Below are positions 18,362 through 27,361 of a DNA stretch of 64,000 nucleotides, piece by piece. A model generated the notes under the pieces. That model searched no databases, had not been told where the DNA came from, and saw only the letters and a program-made list of their open reading frames with translations. Each line of letters opens with the position of its first letter. The first letter of the stretch is position 1. The stretch comes from Chloroflexota bacterium (GTDB taxonomy: Bacteria > Chloroflexota > UBA6077 > FW602-bin22 > DAOUAE01): positions 26,371 through 90,370 of the forward strand of contig DAOUAE010000002.1 of the NCBI GenBank assembly GCA_034433795.1, written 5' to 3'. Both the position numbers and the translations under genes were made by a program.

Positions 18362-19363
18362 TCATTCAGTGCTGGTAACCGCCCGCCAGACCGCCTGCAG
18401 GTTCTCCGGCCGGCTCTGGGTCGGAATCGAGCAGCTGCCGGCGACGATCCAGCGCCGGCCGTCGGTCTGCCGGAAGCCTTCGTAGATCTCGGCCTCGACC
18501 TGGGCCGGCGTCTCGGCCAGGAGAGCGGCGTGGCTGACGCCGCCCATCACCGCCCCCGGAACCAGTTTCAGGCCGTCGGCCAGGCAGGGATTGCTCGGGT
18601 CGGTCGCGGCCCAGTTGACGGCCGCCACCGGATAGTCGGCCAGGAGATCGAGCATATTGTTCTCGCCGCAGACGTGCAGGACGTTGAACGGGGCCTCGGC
18701 CACCGCCGCCAGCACCTGCAGGTCGTAGGGCCGGCCGAACTCCTGGTACTGAGCGTCGGTCAGAACATTCCGACTGGCCCAGGAGGTGGTGGCAAGGAAG
18801 ATGCCACTGGCCCCGGCCGCCAGGCAGGCCCGGGCGTAGCGGACAAAGGTGTCGGTGATGGCCTCGAGCGCCCGGTGGACTGCCCGGGGATGCTCCTGGA
18901 GGTCGCGCCGCAGCTGGGCGTCGGCGCCGACCAGGTCGCCGGCCAGGGAGAGCGGGGTGAAGATGGTCATGATGAAGGGGACCTCGTCGCCCAGCGCCTG
19001 GCGGATCAGCCGGAGGGCCCGGAGATGGTCGCCCAGCACTCCCTGGTCGATGGGCAGGGGCTCGATCCGGGCCCAGTCGGCCGGGGTCTTGACCGGATAG
19101 TCGACGACCGTGGGCTTCAGGTGGGGCTGACCGCTGAAGCGCACCCGCACGCCCCAGTCCTCGACGTGGTAGCTGGCCCGCGGGTTGACCTTGAGGAGGT
19201 CCCAGCCCCAGGTCCGGGTCCAGGCGACCATCGCCTCCGCCAGGCCCTCGACGGTGTCCTCGCGCTCGTAGAAATGGCGCCAGAAGGCCACCGGCGGCCG
19301 GTCGACCGGCTCGCCACGGACCGCCGCCCGCAGGCGCTGCCATCGGGTCATCTGCTCGGTCAT
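18362..19363 (-). CDS. Uroporphyrinogen decarboxylase / MtaA-CmuA methyltransferase-fold family protein
   Basis: VDRPPVAFWRH, TIFTPLSLA, LHVCG and IVAGSCSIP match the URO-D fold. Lacks the HemE RQAGR motif. Start moved to ATG 19363. Confidence 0.8.
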   Translation of the reverse strand: MTEQMTRWQRLRAAVRGEPVDRPPVAFWRHFYEREDTVEGLAEAMVAWTRTWGWDLLKVNPRASYHVEDWGVRVRFSGQPHLKPTVVDYPVKTPADWARIEPLPIDQGVLGDHLRALRLIRQALGDEVPFIMTIFTPLSLAGDLVGADAQLRRDLQEHPRAVHRALEAITDTFVRYARACLAAGASGIFLATTSWASRNVLTDAQYQEFGRPYDLQVLAAVAEAPFNVLHVCGENNMLDLLADYPVAAVNWAATDPSNPCLADGLKLVPGAVMGGVSHAALLAETPAQVEAEIYEGFRQTDGRRWIVAGSCSIPTQSRPENLQAVWRAVTSTE

Positions 19364-19423
19364 CAGCGCGTCTCTCCTTCCGCTCGCCTTGGGGGGATTA
19401 TAGCACGGGGCCACGGCCGGCGC

Positions 19424-20536
19424 TCAGGCGAGAGCGGCGAAAACAGCGTCGTGCAGGCGGGGGCGAAAGGCGATGATCCGGGTGTTTTGCCGGCAGGGGT
19501 GGACCCGGTTGCTGAGGAGGATCACCGCCAGACCGCGCTCCGGATCGACCCAGAGCGAGGTCCCGGTGAAGCCGGTGTGGCCGAAGGCCCGGGGCGACAT
19601 CCGCTGGCCCGCCGCGTTGGTGGGCGACGGGGTATCCCAGCCCAGCGCCCGGCTGCTCCCCGGCACCAGCCCGGCGCGGGTGGTGAAGAGACGGATCGTC
19701 TCGGGGTGAAGCCACGGCTGGCCGTCGAGCCGGCCGTCATTGAGAAAGAGACGGGCGAAGCGGGCGAGATCGGCGGCGACGCTGAAAAGGCCGGCGTGGG
19801 GCGCGACACCCCCCATGGCGAAGGCGCACTCATCATGGACCTCCCCGATCAGCAGGCGCCCCCGCCAGGGGCAGAGCTCGGTCGGGGCGCAGCGGGCCCG
19901 CCAGGCCCGCGGGGGATTGAAGCCGGTCTGGACCATGCCGAGGGGGGCGAAGATCTCCCGCCAGAACCAGAGGTCGAGCGGCCCGACCAGAGCCTCCAGC
20001 AGGCGGCCCAGGACCAGGAAGCCCAGGTCGCTGTAGACCGTCCGGGTGCCGGGAGGATATTCCAGCGGCCGGCGGGCCACCTCCTCGTAGATCTCCTCCC
20101 GGCTGGGCGTCCGGCCCCGAAAATACACCGGGAAATGGCCCGGAAAGACCGGCGGGAGGCCGGCGCTGTGGGTCAGGAGATGGACCAGCCGGATCCGGGC
20201 CCGCTCGCCCACGGCGAACGCCGGCCAGTCGGCCCCGACCGGCCGGTCGAGGTCGAGCAGCCCCCGCTCGACCAGCCGCATGACCGCCGTGGTCGTCCCC
20301 ACCACTTTGGTCAGCGAGGCCAGATCGTAGAGCGTATCGACCGCCGCTGGCGGCGCATCCGGTCCGTAGCTCAGCTGACCGTAGGCCGCCAGGTGCAGGA
20401 GACCGTCCGGCCCGACGACGGCCAGCACCGCCCCCGGGAAGACCCGCTCGGCGATGGCCTGCTCAATGAGCGCCTCCACCGCCCCAAGACGCGGATGACG
20501 AACGACCGCCACGACTCCCGGCTCCGCGACCACCAC
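19424..20536 (-). CDS. Serine hydrolase, beta-lactamase/AmpC family
   Basis: DLASLTK (SxxK), LLTHSAG, YSDLGF and FGHTGFTGT motifs. Confidence 0.9.
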   Translation of the reverse strand: MVVAEPGVVAVVRHPRLGAVEALIEQAIAERVFPGAVLAVVGPDGLLHLAAYGQLSYGPDAPPAAVDTLYDLASLTKVVGTTTAVMRLVERGLLDLDRPVGADWPAFAVGERARIRLVHLLTHSAGLPPVFPGHFPVYFRGRTPSREEIYEEVARRPLEYPPGTRTVYSDLGFLVLGRLLEALVGPLDLWFWREIFAPLGMVQTGFNPPRAWRARCAPTELCPWRGRLLIGEVHDECAFAMGGVAPHAGLFSVAADLARFARLFLNDGRLDGQPWLHPETIRLFTTRAGLVPGSSRALGWDTPSPTNAAGQRMSPRAFGHTGFTGTSLWVDPERGLAVILLSNRVHPCRQNTRIIAFRPRLHDAVFAALA

Positions 20537-20599
20537 GCCCTCCCTGGTGATCTTCCTCAGCGGAGGATAGCACCGGCGAAGACGGGTGGCAAGTTCTGT

Positions 20600-21625
20600 T
20601 CAGTCGGGGTAGGCCTGAAAATAGGCCTGGATGGCGCGGTGGTAGCCCTGGGCAATGGCCTCGAGGGTCCGCTCCTGCCGGAGCATGGCCGCATCGCCCG
20701 GATGGGAGAGAAAGAGCGATTCGCCCAGAACGCCCGGCATCTGGGTCGGCGGATGGGGACGCGGCCCGGTGCCCGGGCCGAGGACATAGATGTTATAGGT
20801 CCGCCCGCGGAACACCCGGAAGTGGCTGTCGTCTTTGATGCCCCGGTCGCGGACCGGATAGCCCAGCGCCCGGATCGCCTGCACCAGGTGGGTCTGGACC
20901 AGGCGGGCCAGCGCCAGGTTGCGGTCCGCGAACGGCCGGTCCCGGTTGTACCAGACCTCGGTGCCCGACTCGCTGGGCGGGCCGCCGTTGTTGTGGATGG
21001 AGAGAAAGAGGTCGGCGCCGGCGTTGTTGGCGATGTCGATGCGGGCCTGGAGGTCGTACTGCAGTCCACCGGCATACCCCCCGCCACGGTAGAGCGGGCT
21101 GACGGCCCGGTCGCTGTCGCGGGTCAGGACCACCGCAAAGCCCGCCGCCCGCAGCCGGGCCGCCAGTTTCAGGGCGATCTGGAGATTGACATCCTTCTCT
21201 CGGAGATCGCCCTCCGGCGAGACCGCCCCGACCTCTGGTCCCCCGTGGCCGGGGTCGAGGGCGATGACCCGCCGGCCGGCTGGCCGGCGCGCCGGCGGGG
21301 GCGGCGTGGCCGTCGGGAGGAGGCTCTCGGGCGAACCCGACCCCTCCTCGGCCGTGGCCCGCGTTCCCTCCGCCGGCGTGGGAGTCGGCGCCATCGCCGT
21401 CGGGCGGGCGGTGGGCGCCGGCGGGGGCGAGCCCGGCGTTGGGGCGACCGGAGCGTTCGTCAGGGCGGCCGGGGTGGCCACGGGCGTCGCGGTCGGCCCG
21501 GCGACCGGGTCCGCCGGCGAGGGGAGGGTCGGCGCGGGCGGGGCCGGCGGAGGGGTCGCCGGCGCGCCACAGCCCACGAGCAACCCACCGATCAGGATCA
21601 GGCCGCGGAGCGTCCGGCGGAGCAC
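20600..21625 (-). CDS. N-acetylmuramoyl-L-alanine amidase (Amidase_3), predicted lipoprotein with Pro/Thr-rich linker
   Basis: LLVGC lipobox, IALDPGHGG, EKDVNL, ARIDIANN, FLSIHNN and GESLFLS. Confidence 0.9.
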   Translation of the reverse strand: MLRRTLRGLILIGGLLVGCGAPATPPPAPPAPTLPSPADPVAGPTATPVATPAALTNAPVAPTPGSPPPAPTARPTAMAPTPTPAEGTRATAEEGSGSPESLLPTATPPPPARRPAGRRVIALDPGHGGPEVGAVSPEGDLREKDVNLQIALKLAARLRAAGFAVVLTRDSDRAVSPLYRGGGYAGGLQYDLQARIDIANNAGADLFLSIHNNGGPPSESGTEVWYNRDRPFADRNLALARLVQTHLVQAIRALGYPVRDRGIKDDSHFRVFRGRTYNIYVLGPGTGPRPHPPTQMPGVLGESLFLSHPGDAAMLRQERTLEAIAQGYHRAIQAYFQAYPD

Positions 21626-21651
21626 GGCCTCCCTCCGTCCGCGAAAAGCGA

Positions 21652-22419
21652 TCAGGCCAGCGCCCGACGGACGGCGGTCAGGGCCTCGCCGACGGCCTGG
21701 CTGAGGAAGCGCAGGTCGCTGCCGAGGGCCAGGAACTGGAAGCCCTCGCGCTGGCGCTGGAGGAGTGAGGCGACGTCGAAGGTGTGGATGCCGGCCGCCT
21801 TGCCACAGCGGCGGGCGGCGGCCAGGACCGTGGCCACCGCCTCCTGGAAGCGCGGGTCAGCCGGTCCCGGACCGGGCAGCAGGCCCAGCGAGGCCGAGAG
21901 GTCGTTGGGGCCGATGAAGCAGCCGTCGACGCCGTCGACCGAGAGGATGGCCTCGGCGTTGCGGACCGCCTCGGCGTGCTCGATCTGCACGAGCAGCACA
22001 ATCTCCTCGTTGGCCTTCTCCAGGTAGTCCGGTCCCCCGTAGAGACGCCCGCGCGTCCCGCCGATCCCCCGGCTGCCCATTGGGGGATACTTGCTGGCCT
22101 GGACCGCCCGCTCGGCGTCGGCCCGGCTCAGCACCATCGGCACGACCACCCCATAGGCTCCGGCATCCAGCACCCGCTTGAAATAGACCGGATCGTTCCA
22201 GGGGATCCGCACCATGGGCACGGTGTCGGTGGTGCTGATGGCCTGGAGCATCGCCTGGACGTGGGCGACATCGGTCTCGCCGTGCTCGCAGTCGACGACC
22301 AGCCAGTCGAAGCCGGCGTGGGCCAGGAGCTCGGCCAGGAGCGGGCTCTGGGCCCCGATCCAGGTGCCGATGGCCGGCTTGCCCTCGCGGAGCAGTCGCT
22401 TGACTTTATTGGGCCGCAT
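21652..22419 (-). CDS. HpcH/HpaI-family aldolase
   Basis: FDWLVVDCEH, LDAGAYG, YPPMGSRG, QIE and FIGPNDLS motifs. Confidence 0.92.
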   Translation of the reverse strand: MRPNKVKRLLREGKPAIGTWIGAQSPLLAELLAHAGFDWLVVDCEHGETDVAHVQAMLQAISTTDTVPMVRIPWNDPVYFKRVLDAGAYGVVVPMVLSRADAERAVQASKYPPMGSRGIGGTRGRLYGGPDYLEKANEEIVLLVQIEHAEAVRNAEAILSVDGVDGCFIGPNDLSASLGLLPGPGPADPRFQEAVATVLAAARRCGKAAGIHTFDVASLLQRQREGFQFLALGSDLRFLSQAVGEALTAVRRALA

Positions 22420-22507
22420 CCTCTGCCCCTCCCGTCGGTGCAGTCGCTGCCCGCCAGCATAGCCGGCCCGGTTGGGGGCGTCAAGGGGCCCCGGCCGACG
22501 ATCTCAC

Positions 22508-22536
22508 TTGACAAAAATCCGGGTTGGCAGTATAGT
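22508..22536 (+). promoter_or_regulatory. Near-consensus sigma70 promoter of the metal-uptake operon
   Basis: TTGACA-N17-TATAGT. Confidence 0.75.
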
Positions 22537-22544
22537 GAAAAGAG

Positions 22545-22564
22545 AATTTCATTCAAGTTAAATT
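22545..22564 (+). promoter_or_regulatory. Candidate DtxR/MntR operator
   Basis: AT-rich inverted repeat AATTT-N10-AAATT just downstream of the -10, standing out in a GC-rich genome. Confidence 0.55.
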
Positions 22565-22582
22565 TCCGGCGCGGGAGAGCCG

Positions 22583-23242
22583 ATGAGCCAGCCGGTCGAG
22601 GACTACCTCAAGATCATCTACAAGCTCCAGCGGCAGCAGGGGCGGGTGCCCACCTCGGCCATCGCCGAGAAACTGGGGGTGACCCCGCCGGCCGCCACCA
22701 ACATGGTCCAGCGGCTGGCCGAGCTGGGGCTGCTGCGCCACACTCCCTACCGGGGCGTTGAACTGACCGAGAAGGGGGCGCGCATCGCCCTGGAGGTCAT
22801 CCGCCACCACCGCTTGTGGGAGCTCTTCCTGGCCCGGGCCCTCAACATGCCGCTCGACGCCGTCCACGCCGAGGCCGAACGGCTGGAGCACGCCCTCTCG
22901 GATCAGCTGGAGGACACCATCGACGCCGCCCTGGGCCATCCGACCACCGACCCCCACGGCGATCCGATCCCCACCAAAGAGGGCCGGCTGGAGGAGACCC
23001 GCTACGCCCCGCTGGCCGATCTTCCGGCTGGCGCCCGGGCCTGTGTCCGCCGGGTGCCCGACAGCGATGCGGCCCTCCTGCGCTATCTGACCAGCCTGGG
23101 GCTGGTCCCCGGCGCCGGGGTACACATCCTGGCCGTCGCCCCCTTCAACGGCCCGGTCCACCTCCGCGTCGGCGACCAGGAGCACGCCATCAGCCGCGAG
23201 GTGGCCAGCCGGATCTTCGTCGAGGCGGTTCCCGACGACTGA
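22583..23242 (+). CDS. mntR: DtxR/MntR-family metal-dependent repressor with FeoA domain
   Basis: EDYLKIIY, RHHRLWELFL, EAERLEH and DPHGDPIP motifs, plus an SH3/FeoA tail. Confidence 0.93.
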   Translation: MSQPVEDYLKIIYKLQRQQGRVPTSAIAEKLGVTPPAATNMVQRLAELGLLRHTPYRGVELTEKGARIALEVIRHHRLWELFLARALNMPLDAVHAEAERLEHALSDQLEDTIDAALGHPTTDPHGDPIPTKEGRLEETRYAPLADLPAGARACVRRVPDSDAALLRYLTSLGLVPGAGVHILAVAPFNGPVHLRVGDQEHAISREVASRIFVEAVPDD

Positions 23243-23263
23243 CCGCCCGCCGGGAGGCACACC

Positions 23264-24298
23264 ATGGGGCGCGCCCGCCTGAATCTCTGTGCTCGCCGAC
23301 CGGTCAGCCTGGCCCACGCCCGTTCTCTCTGGCGATGGTCGGGGCTGGGGTTCCTGCTGGGGTTGCTGACCCTGGCCGTTGTCGCCTGCGCGCCTCTGGG
23401 GCGTCCGGCCGACGCCGCCGAACTGGCCGGACGGCCGGTGCGGGTGGTGACCACCACCAGCCTCATCGCCGACGCCGTCCGTCAGGTCGGCGGCGAGCGG
23501 GTCGCGGTCACGGCGCTGATGGGGCCGGGCGTCGATCCCCATCTCTACAAGGCCCGTGAGGGCGATGTCCTGCGCCTGGCCCGGGCCGACCTCGTTCTCT
23601 ACCATGGTCTGCACCTGGAGGCCAAGATGGCCGACATCCTGGCCCAGCTGGACCGCTGGGTGCCCACCCGCGCCGTCGGCCAGGCCATTCCGCCCGAGGA
23701 CCTCCGCTACCCGGAGGGTTCGGGCGGGAACCCCGACCCGCACATCTGGTTCGATGTCCGTCTCTGGCAGCGGGTGGTGGCTTTTATCGCCCAGGTGCTG
23801 GCCGAGCGCGATCCGGCCCACGCCGCCCTCTACCAGGCCCGTGCCGCCGCCTACCAGCGTGAGCTGGAGGCCCTCGACGCCTACGTCCGGGCTCAGGTCC
23901 AGCGCCTCCCGCCCGAGCAGCGGGTGCTGGTCACCGCCCACGACGCCTTCGGCTACTTCGCCCGGGCCTACGGCTTCGAGATCCGGGGCCTCCAGGGAAT
24001 CAGCACGGTGGCCGAGGCCAGCATCGCCGACGTCCAGGAACTGGCCGATTTCATCGCCCGCCGCCGGATCCGGGCCATCTTCGTCGAGAGCAGCGTTCCG
24101 GTCCGCAACATCGAGGCGGTGCAGGAGGCGGTCCGGGCTCGCGGCTGGGAGGTGCGGATCGGCGGGGCCCTCTACTCCGACGCCCTGGGCGAGCCCGGGA
24201 CCCCGGCCGCCACCTACATCGGGATGATGCGGACCAACGTCGACACCATCGTCCAGGCGCTGGCCGCCGAGACCACCACGACCGGAGGCCCTCCATGA
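23264..24298 (+). CDS. troA: Mn/Zn/Fe ABC transporter substrate-binding lipoprotein
   Basis: VVAC lipobox, [30 protein letters not shown] and YSDALG motifs. Confidence 0.93.
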   Translation: MGRARLNLCARRPVSLAHARSLWRWSGLGFLLGLLTLAVVACAPLGRPADAAELAGRPVRVVTTTSLIADAVRQVGGERVAVTALMGPGVDPHLYKAREGDVLRLARADLVLYHGLHLEAKMADILAQLDRWVPTRAVGQAIPPEDLRYPEGSGGNPDPHIWFDVRLWQRVVAFIAQVLAERDPAHAALYQARAAAYQRELEALDAYVRAQVQRLPPEQRVLVTAHDAFGYFARAYGFEIRGLQGISTVAEASIADVQELADFIARRRIRAIFVESSVPVRNIEAVQEAVRARGWEVRIGGALYSDALGEPGTPAATYIGMMRTNVDTIVQALAAETTTTGGPP

Positions 24299-25059
24299 GC
24301 CAGCCGCTGCCCGCGAGCGCTCCTCTGGCCATCGAGGTGGCCGACCTCACCGTCGCCTACCGCGACCGGCCGGTCCTCTGGGACGTGGACGTCCAGGTGC
24401 CGGCCGGGGTGCTGATGGGGATCGTCGGGCCCAATGGAGCCGGCAAGACCACGCTCCTCAAGGCCATTCTCGGCCTGGTCCGCCCGGCTGCCGGCACGAT
24501 CCGGATCTTCGGTCAGCCGGTCGGGGCGGTGCGCCGGCTGATCGGCTATGTGCCCCAGCATCGCGAGGTGGACTGGGACTTTCCGACCAGTGTTCTCGAC
24601 GTGGTCATGATGGGCCGCTACGGCCATCTGGGCTGGTTCCGCCGCCCCGGCCGACGGGAGCGGGCGCTGGCTCTGGCCGCGCTGGACCAGGTGGGCCTGC
24701 GGTCGCTGGCCGACCGCCAGATCAGCCAGCTGTCCGGCGGCCAGCAGCAGCGGGTTTTCCTGGCCCGGGCGCTGGTCCAGGACGCCCAGATCTACCTGAT
24801 GGACGAGCCGTTCGCCGGGGTGGACGCCCTGACCGAGCGGGCCATCCTGACCGTTCTGCGGAATCTGCGGGCCGCCGGCAAGACGGTGGTGGTCGTCCAC
24901 CACGACCTGCAGACCGTCCGCGAATACTTCGACTGGGTATTGCTCCTCAACGTCCGTCGGATCGCCTGCGGTCCGGTGGCCACGGTCTTCACCGAGGAGA
25001 ATCTGCGGCGAACCTACGGCGGTCGGCTGGCCGTCCCCGAGTCGAAGGAGGTGGTCTGA
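24295..25059 (+). CDS. troB: Metal ABC transporter ATPase
   Basis: [21 protein letters not shown] and VHHDL motifs. Confidence 0.95.
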   Translation: MSQPLPASAPLAIEVADLTVAYRDRPVLWDVDVQVPAGVLMGIVGPNGAGKTTLLKAILGLVRPAAGTIRIFGQPVGAVRRLIGYVPQHREVDWDFPTSVLDVVMMGRYGHLGWFRRPGRRERALALAALDQVGLRSLADRQISQLSGGQQQRVFLARALVQDAQIYLMDEPFAGVDALTERAILTVLRNLRAAGKTVVVVHHDLQTVREYFDWVLLLNVRRIACGPVATVFTEENLRRTYGGRLAVPESKEVV

Positions 25060-25060
25060 G

Positions 25061-26239
25061 ATGGCGATCATGCCGCTTGAGCTGGTCGCCGACCACACGG
25101 TGCGCACGGTCGGCGCGGGCGCGCTGCTGATGGGCCTGACCAGCGGCGTCCTGGGGACCTACGCCCTGCTGCGCCGTCAGAGTCTGCTGGGGGATGCGAT
25201 GAGCCACGCCGCCCTCCCCGGCCTGGCGCTGGCCTTTCTTCTCACCCAGAGCAAAGAGCCGGCCCTGCTGCTCCTGGGGGCAGCGGCTGCGGCCTGGCTG
25301 GGGGCGCTGCTCATCATCGCCACCACCAGTTACACCGCCCTCAAGCCCGACGCCGCGCTGGGGATCGTCCTCTCGGTCTTCTTCGGAGCGGGCCTGGTGC
25401 TCCTGACCGCCATCCAGCGGCTGCCGACCGCCGCCCAGGCCGGCCTGGACAAGTTCCTCTTCGGCCAGGCCGCCACCCTGTTGCAGCGCGACGTCCTGAC
25501 CATCGCCGCCATCAGCGGCCTGGCCCTCCTGGCGGTGCTGCTCGGCTGGAAGGAGTTCAAACTGCTGACCTTCGATCCGACCTTCGCCGCAGCCCAGGGC
25601 CTGCCGGTGCGGCTGCTCGACGTCGTCCTGACCAGCCTGGTGGTTCTGGCCATCGTGGCTGGCCTGCAGACGGTCGGCGTGGTCCTGATGAGCGCCATGC
25701 TCATCGCCCCGGCGGCGGCCGCCCGCCAGTGGACCGACCGGCTGGGGGTGATGGTCCTGCTCGCCGCCCTCTTCGGCGCCCTGGCCGGCCTGGGCGGGGT
25801 GCTCCTGAGCAGCCTGAGCGACGGTCTGCCGACCGGTCCGACCATCGTGGTCTGCGCCAGTCTGCTGGTCTACGGCTCGCTGCTCGTGGCCCCGCACCGT
25901 GGGCTCCTCTGGCGCTGGCTGCTGGCCAGTCGGCGGGAGCGAGCGCTCCGGCCGCTGCGGATCCTCAGTCAGCTCTACTGGCTGGCGGTTCAGCACGGCG
26001 ACCCCTTCCACCCGCACCCGGTCCAGGCCCTGCAGGCGCTGGGCGGACGCGGCACCAGCGCCGTCCTGCGCGACCTGGCCGCGCGGGGCTGGGTCCGCCC
26101 GGCGGGCGACGACCGCTGGGTCCTCACCTCGGAGGGCCTGGCCGCCGTCCGGGACTTTCTGGGGCCGCTCGTCGTGGAGGATGAACAGCCGGGCCTGAAG
26201 CCAGCCGCAAGACAGGTCCCGGCGGAGGGTGGGCTGTGA
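25061..26239 (+). CDS. troC: Metal ABC transporter permease with C-terminal winged-helix extension
   Basis: SLLGDAMSHAALPG, LFGQAA and QTVGVVLMSAMLIAP motifs, then a soluble tail (LRDLAARGWV...WVLTSEG). Confidence 0.9.
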   Translation: MAIMPLELVADHTVRTVGAGALLMGLTSGVLGTYALLRRQSLLGDAMSHAALPGLALAFLLTQSKEPALLLLGAAAAAWLGALLIIATTSYTALKPDAALGIVLSVFFGAGLVLLTAIQRLPTAAQAGLDKFLFGQAATLLQRDVLTIAAISGLALLAVLLGWKEFKLLTFDPTFAAAQGLPVRLLDVVLTSLVVLAIVAGLQTVGVVLMSAMLIAPAAAARQWTDRLGVMVLLAALFGALAGLGGVLLSSLSDGLPTGPTIVVCASLLVYGSLLVAPHRGLLWRWLLASRRERALRPLRILSQLYWLAVQHGDPFHPHPVQALQALGGRGTSAVLRDLAARGWVRPAGDDRWVLTSEGLAAVRDFLGPLVVEDEQPGLKPAARQVPAEGGL

Positions 26240-27354
26240 TCGGTCTGCAGCTGGAGATTCAGCTGGTCGCCGTGCTCACGGCCGTCGCCTGCGCCCTCTC
26301 GGGCACCTTCCTGGTCCTGCGGCGGGTGGCGCTGCTGAGCGACGCCATCAGCCACGTGGTGCTCCTGGGGATCGTGGTGATGTTTCTGCTGACGCGGGAC
26401 CTGCACTCGCCGCTGCTCATCGTGGGGGCGGCCCTGACGGGGCTGCTGACCGTCGGGCTGGTCTCGCTGCTGCTGCGCACCGGCCTGGTCCGCGAGGACG
26501 CCGCCATCGGGCTGGTCTTTCCGCTGCTCTTCAGCCTGGGGGTCATTCTGGTCTCGCGGTACGCCGAGTACGTCCACCTGGACGTGGACGCGGTGCTGCT
26601 GGGCGAACTGGCCTTCGTCCCCTTTGACCGTCTGACCATGGGCGACCTGGACCTGGGGCCACGGCGGGCCTGGCTGATGGGGGGGCTTTTGCTCCTCAAC
26701 TTGGTCTTTGTCCTGGGGCTGTACAAGGAACTGAAGCTGACCGCCTTCGATCCGGCTCTGGCGGCGGCCCTGGGTTTCTCGCCGGCCCTGGTTCACACCC
26801 TGCACCTGGGCGTGGTTTCGCTCACCGCCGTCGGGGCCTTCGACGCGGTCGGGGCGGTGCTGGTGGTGGCGCTTTTCATCGTGCCGCCGGCCACGGCGCT
26901 GCTGCTCAGCGAGCGGCTGGCGGTGGTCCTGGTTCTGGCCGTCCTTCTGGGGGGAGCTGCGGCCGTCGGGGGCTACTGGCTGGCCCACACCTTCGACACC
27001 TCGATCGCTGGCTCGATGGTCAGCCTGAGCGGGCTTCTCTTCGCCCTGGCCTTCCTGGGGGCTCCGCAGCGGGGGCTGCTGGTCCGCCTCTGGCGCCACC
27101 GTCGGCAGCGGTGGGAGTTCGCCCTGCGGCTGCTGGTGATGCACCTTCTGACCCACGAGGGCACGGTCGCCGAGCGCGACGAGGCGGCCCTGGCCGCCCT
27201 GCCCCAGCACCTGCGCTGGGAGCCGGCCTTCGCCCGCGAGGTCGCCCGGCGGGCCGAGCAGGCCGGGCTGGTCGAGCGGCGGAACGGTCTTCTGCGCCTG
27301 ACCGCCCGGGGGCGGGCGCTGGCCCAGCAGGCGCTGCTCGACGGCCAGGATTGA
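26236..27354 (+). CDS. troD: Metal ABC transporter permease with C-terminal winged-helix extension
   Basis: LLSDAISHVVLLG, LLGEL and FDAVGAVLVVA motifs, then a soluble tail (RRAEQAGLV...LRLTARG). Confidence 0.9.
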   Translation: MIGLQLEIQLVAVLTAVACALSGTFLVLRRVALLSDAISHVVLLGIVVMFLLTRDLHSPLLIVGAALTGLLTVGLVSLLLRTGLVREDAAIGLVFPLLFSLGVILVSRYAEYVHLDVDAVLLGELAFVPFDRLTMGDLDLGPRRAWLMGGLLLLNLVFVLGLYKELKLTAFDPALAAALGFSPALVHTLHLGVVSLTAVGAFDAVGAVLVVALFIVPPATALLLSERLAVVLVLAVLLGGAAAVGGYWLAHTFDTSIAGSMVSLSGLLFALAFLGAPQRGLLVRLWRHRRQRWEFALRLLVMHLLTHEGTVAERDEAALAALPQHLRWEPAFAREVARRAEQAGLVERRNGLLRLTARGRALAQQALLDGQD

Positions 27355-27361
27355 CCGCCCC

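Noticed and set aside
19424-20536. Antibiotic-resistance beta-lactamase
   Set aside because: The fold is shared by many esterases and amidases. There is no obvious signal peptide and no mobile context.
18029-22027. 1332-aa plus-strand ORF
   Set aside because: Shadow spanning five well-supported minus-strand genes.
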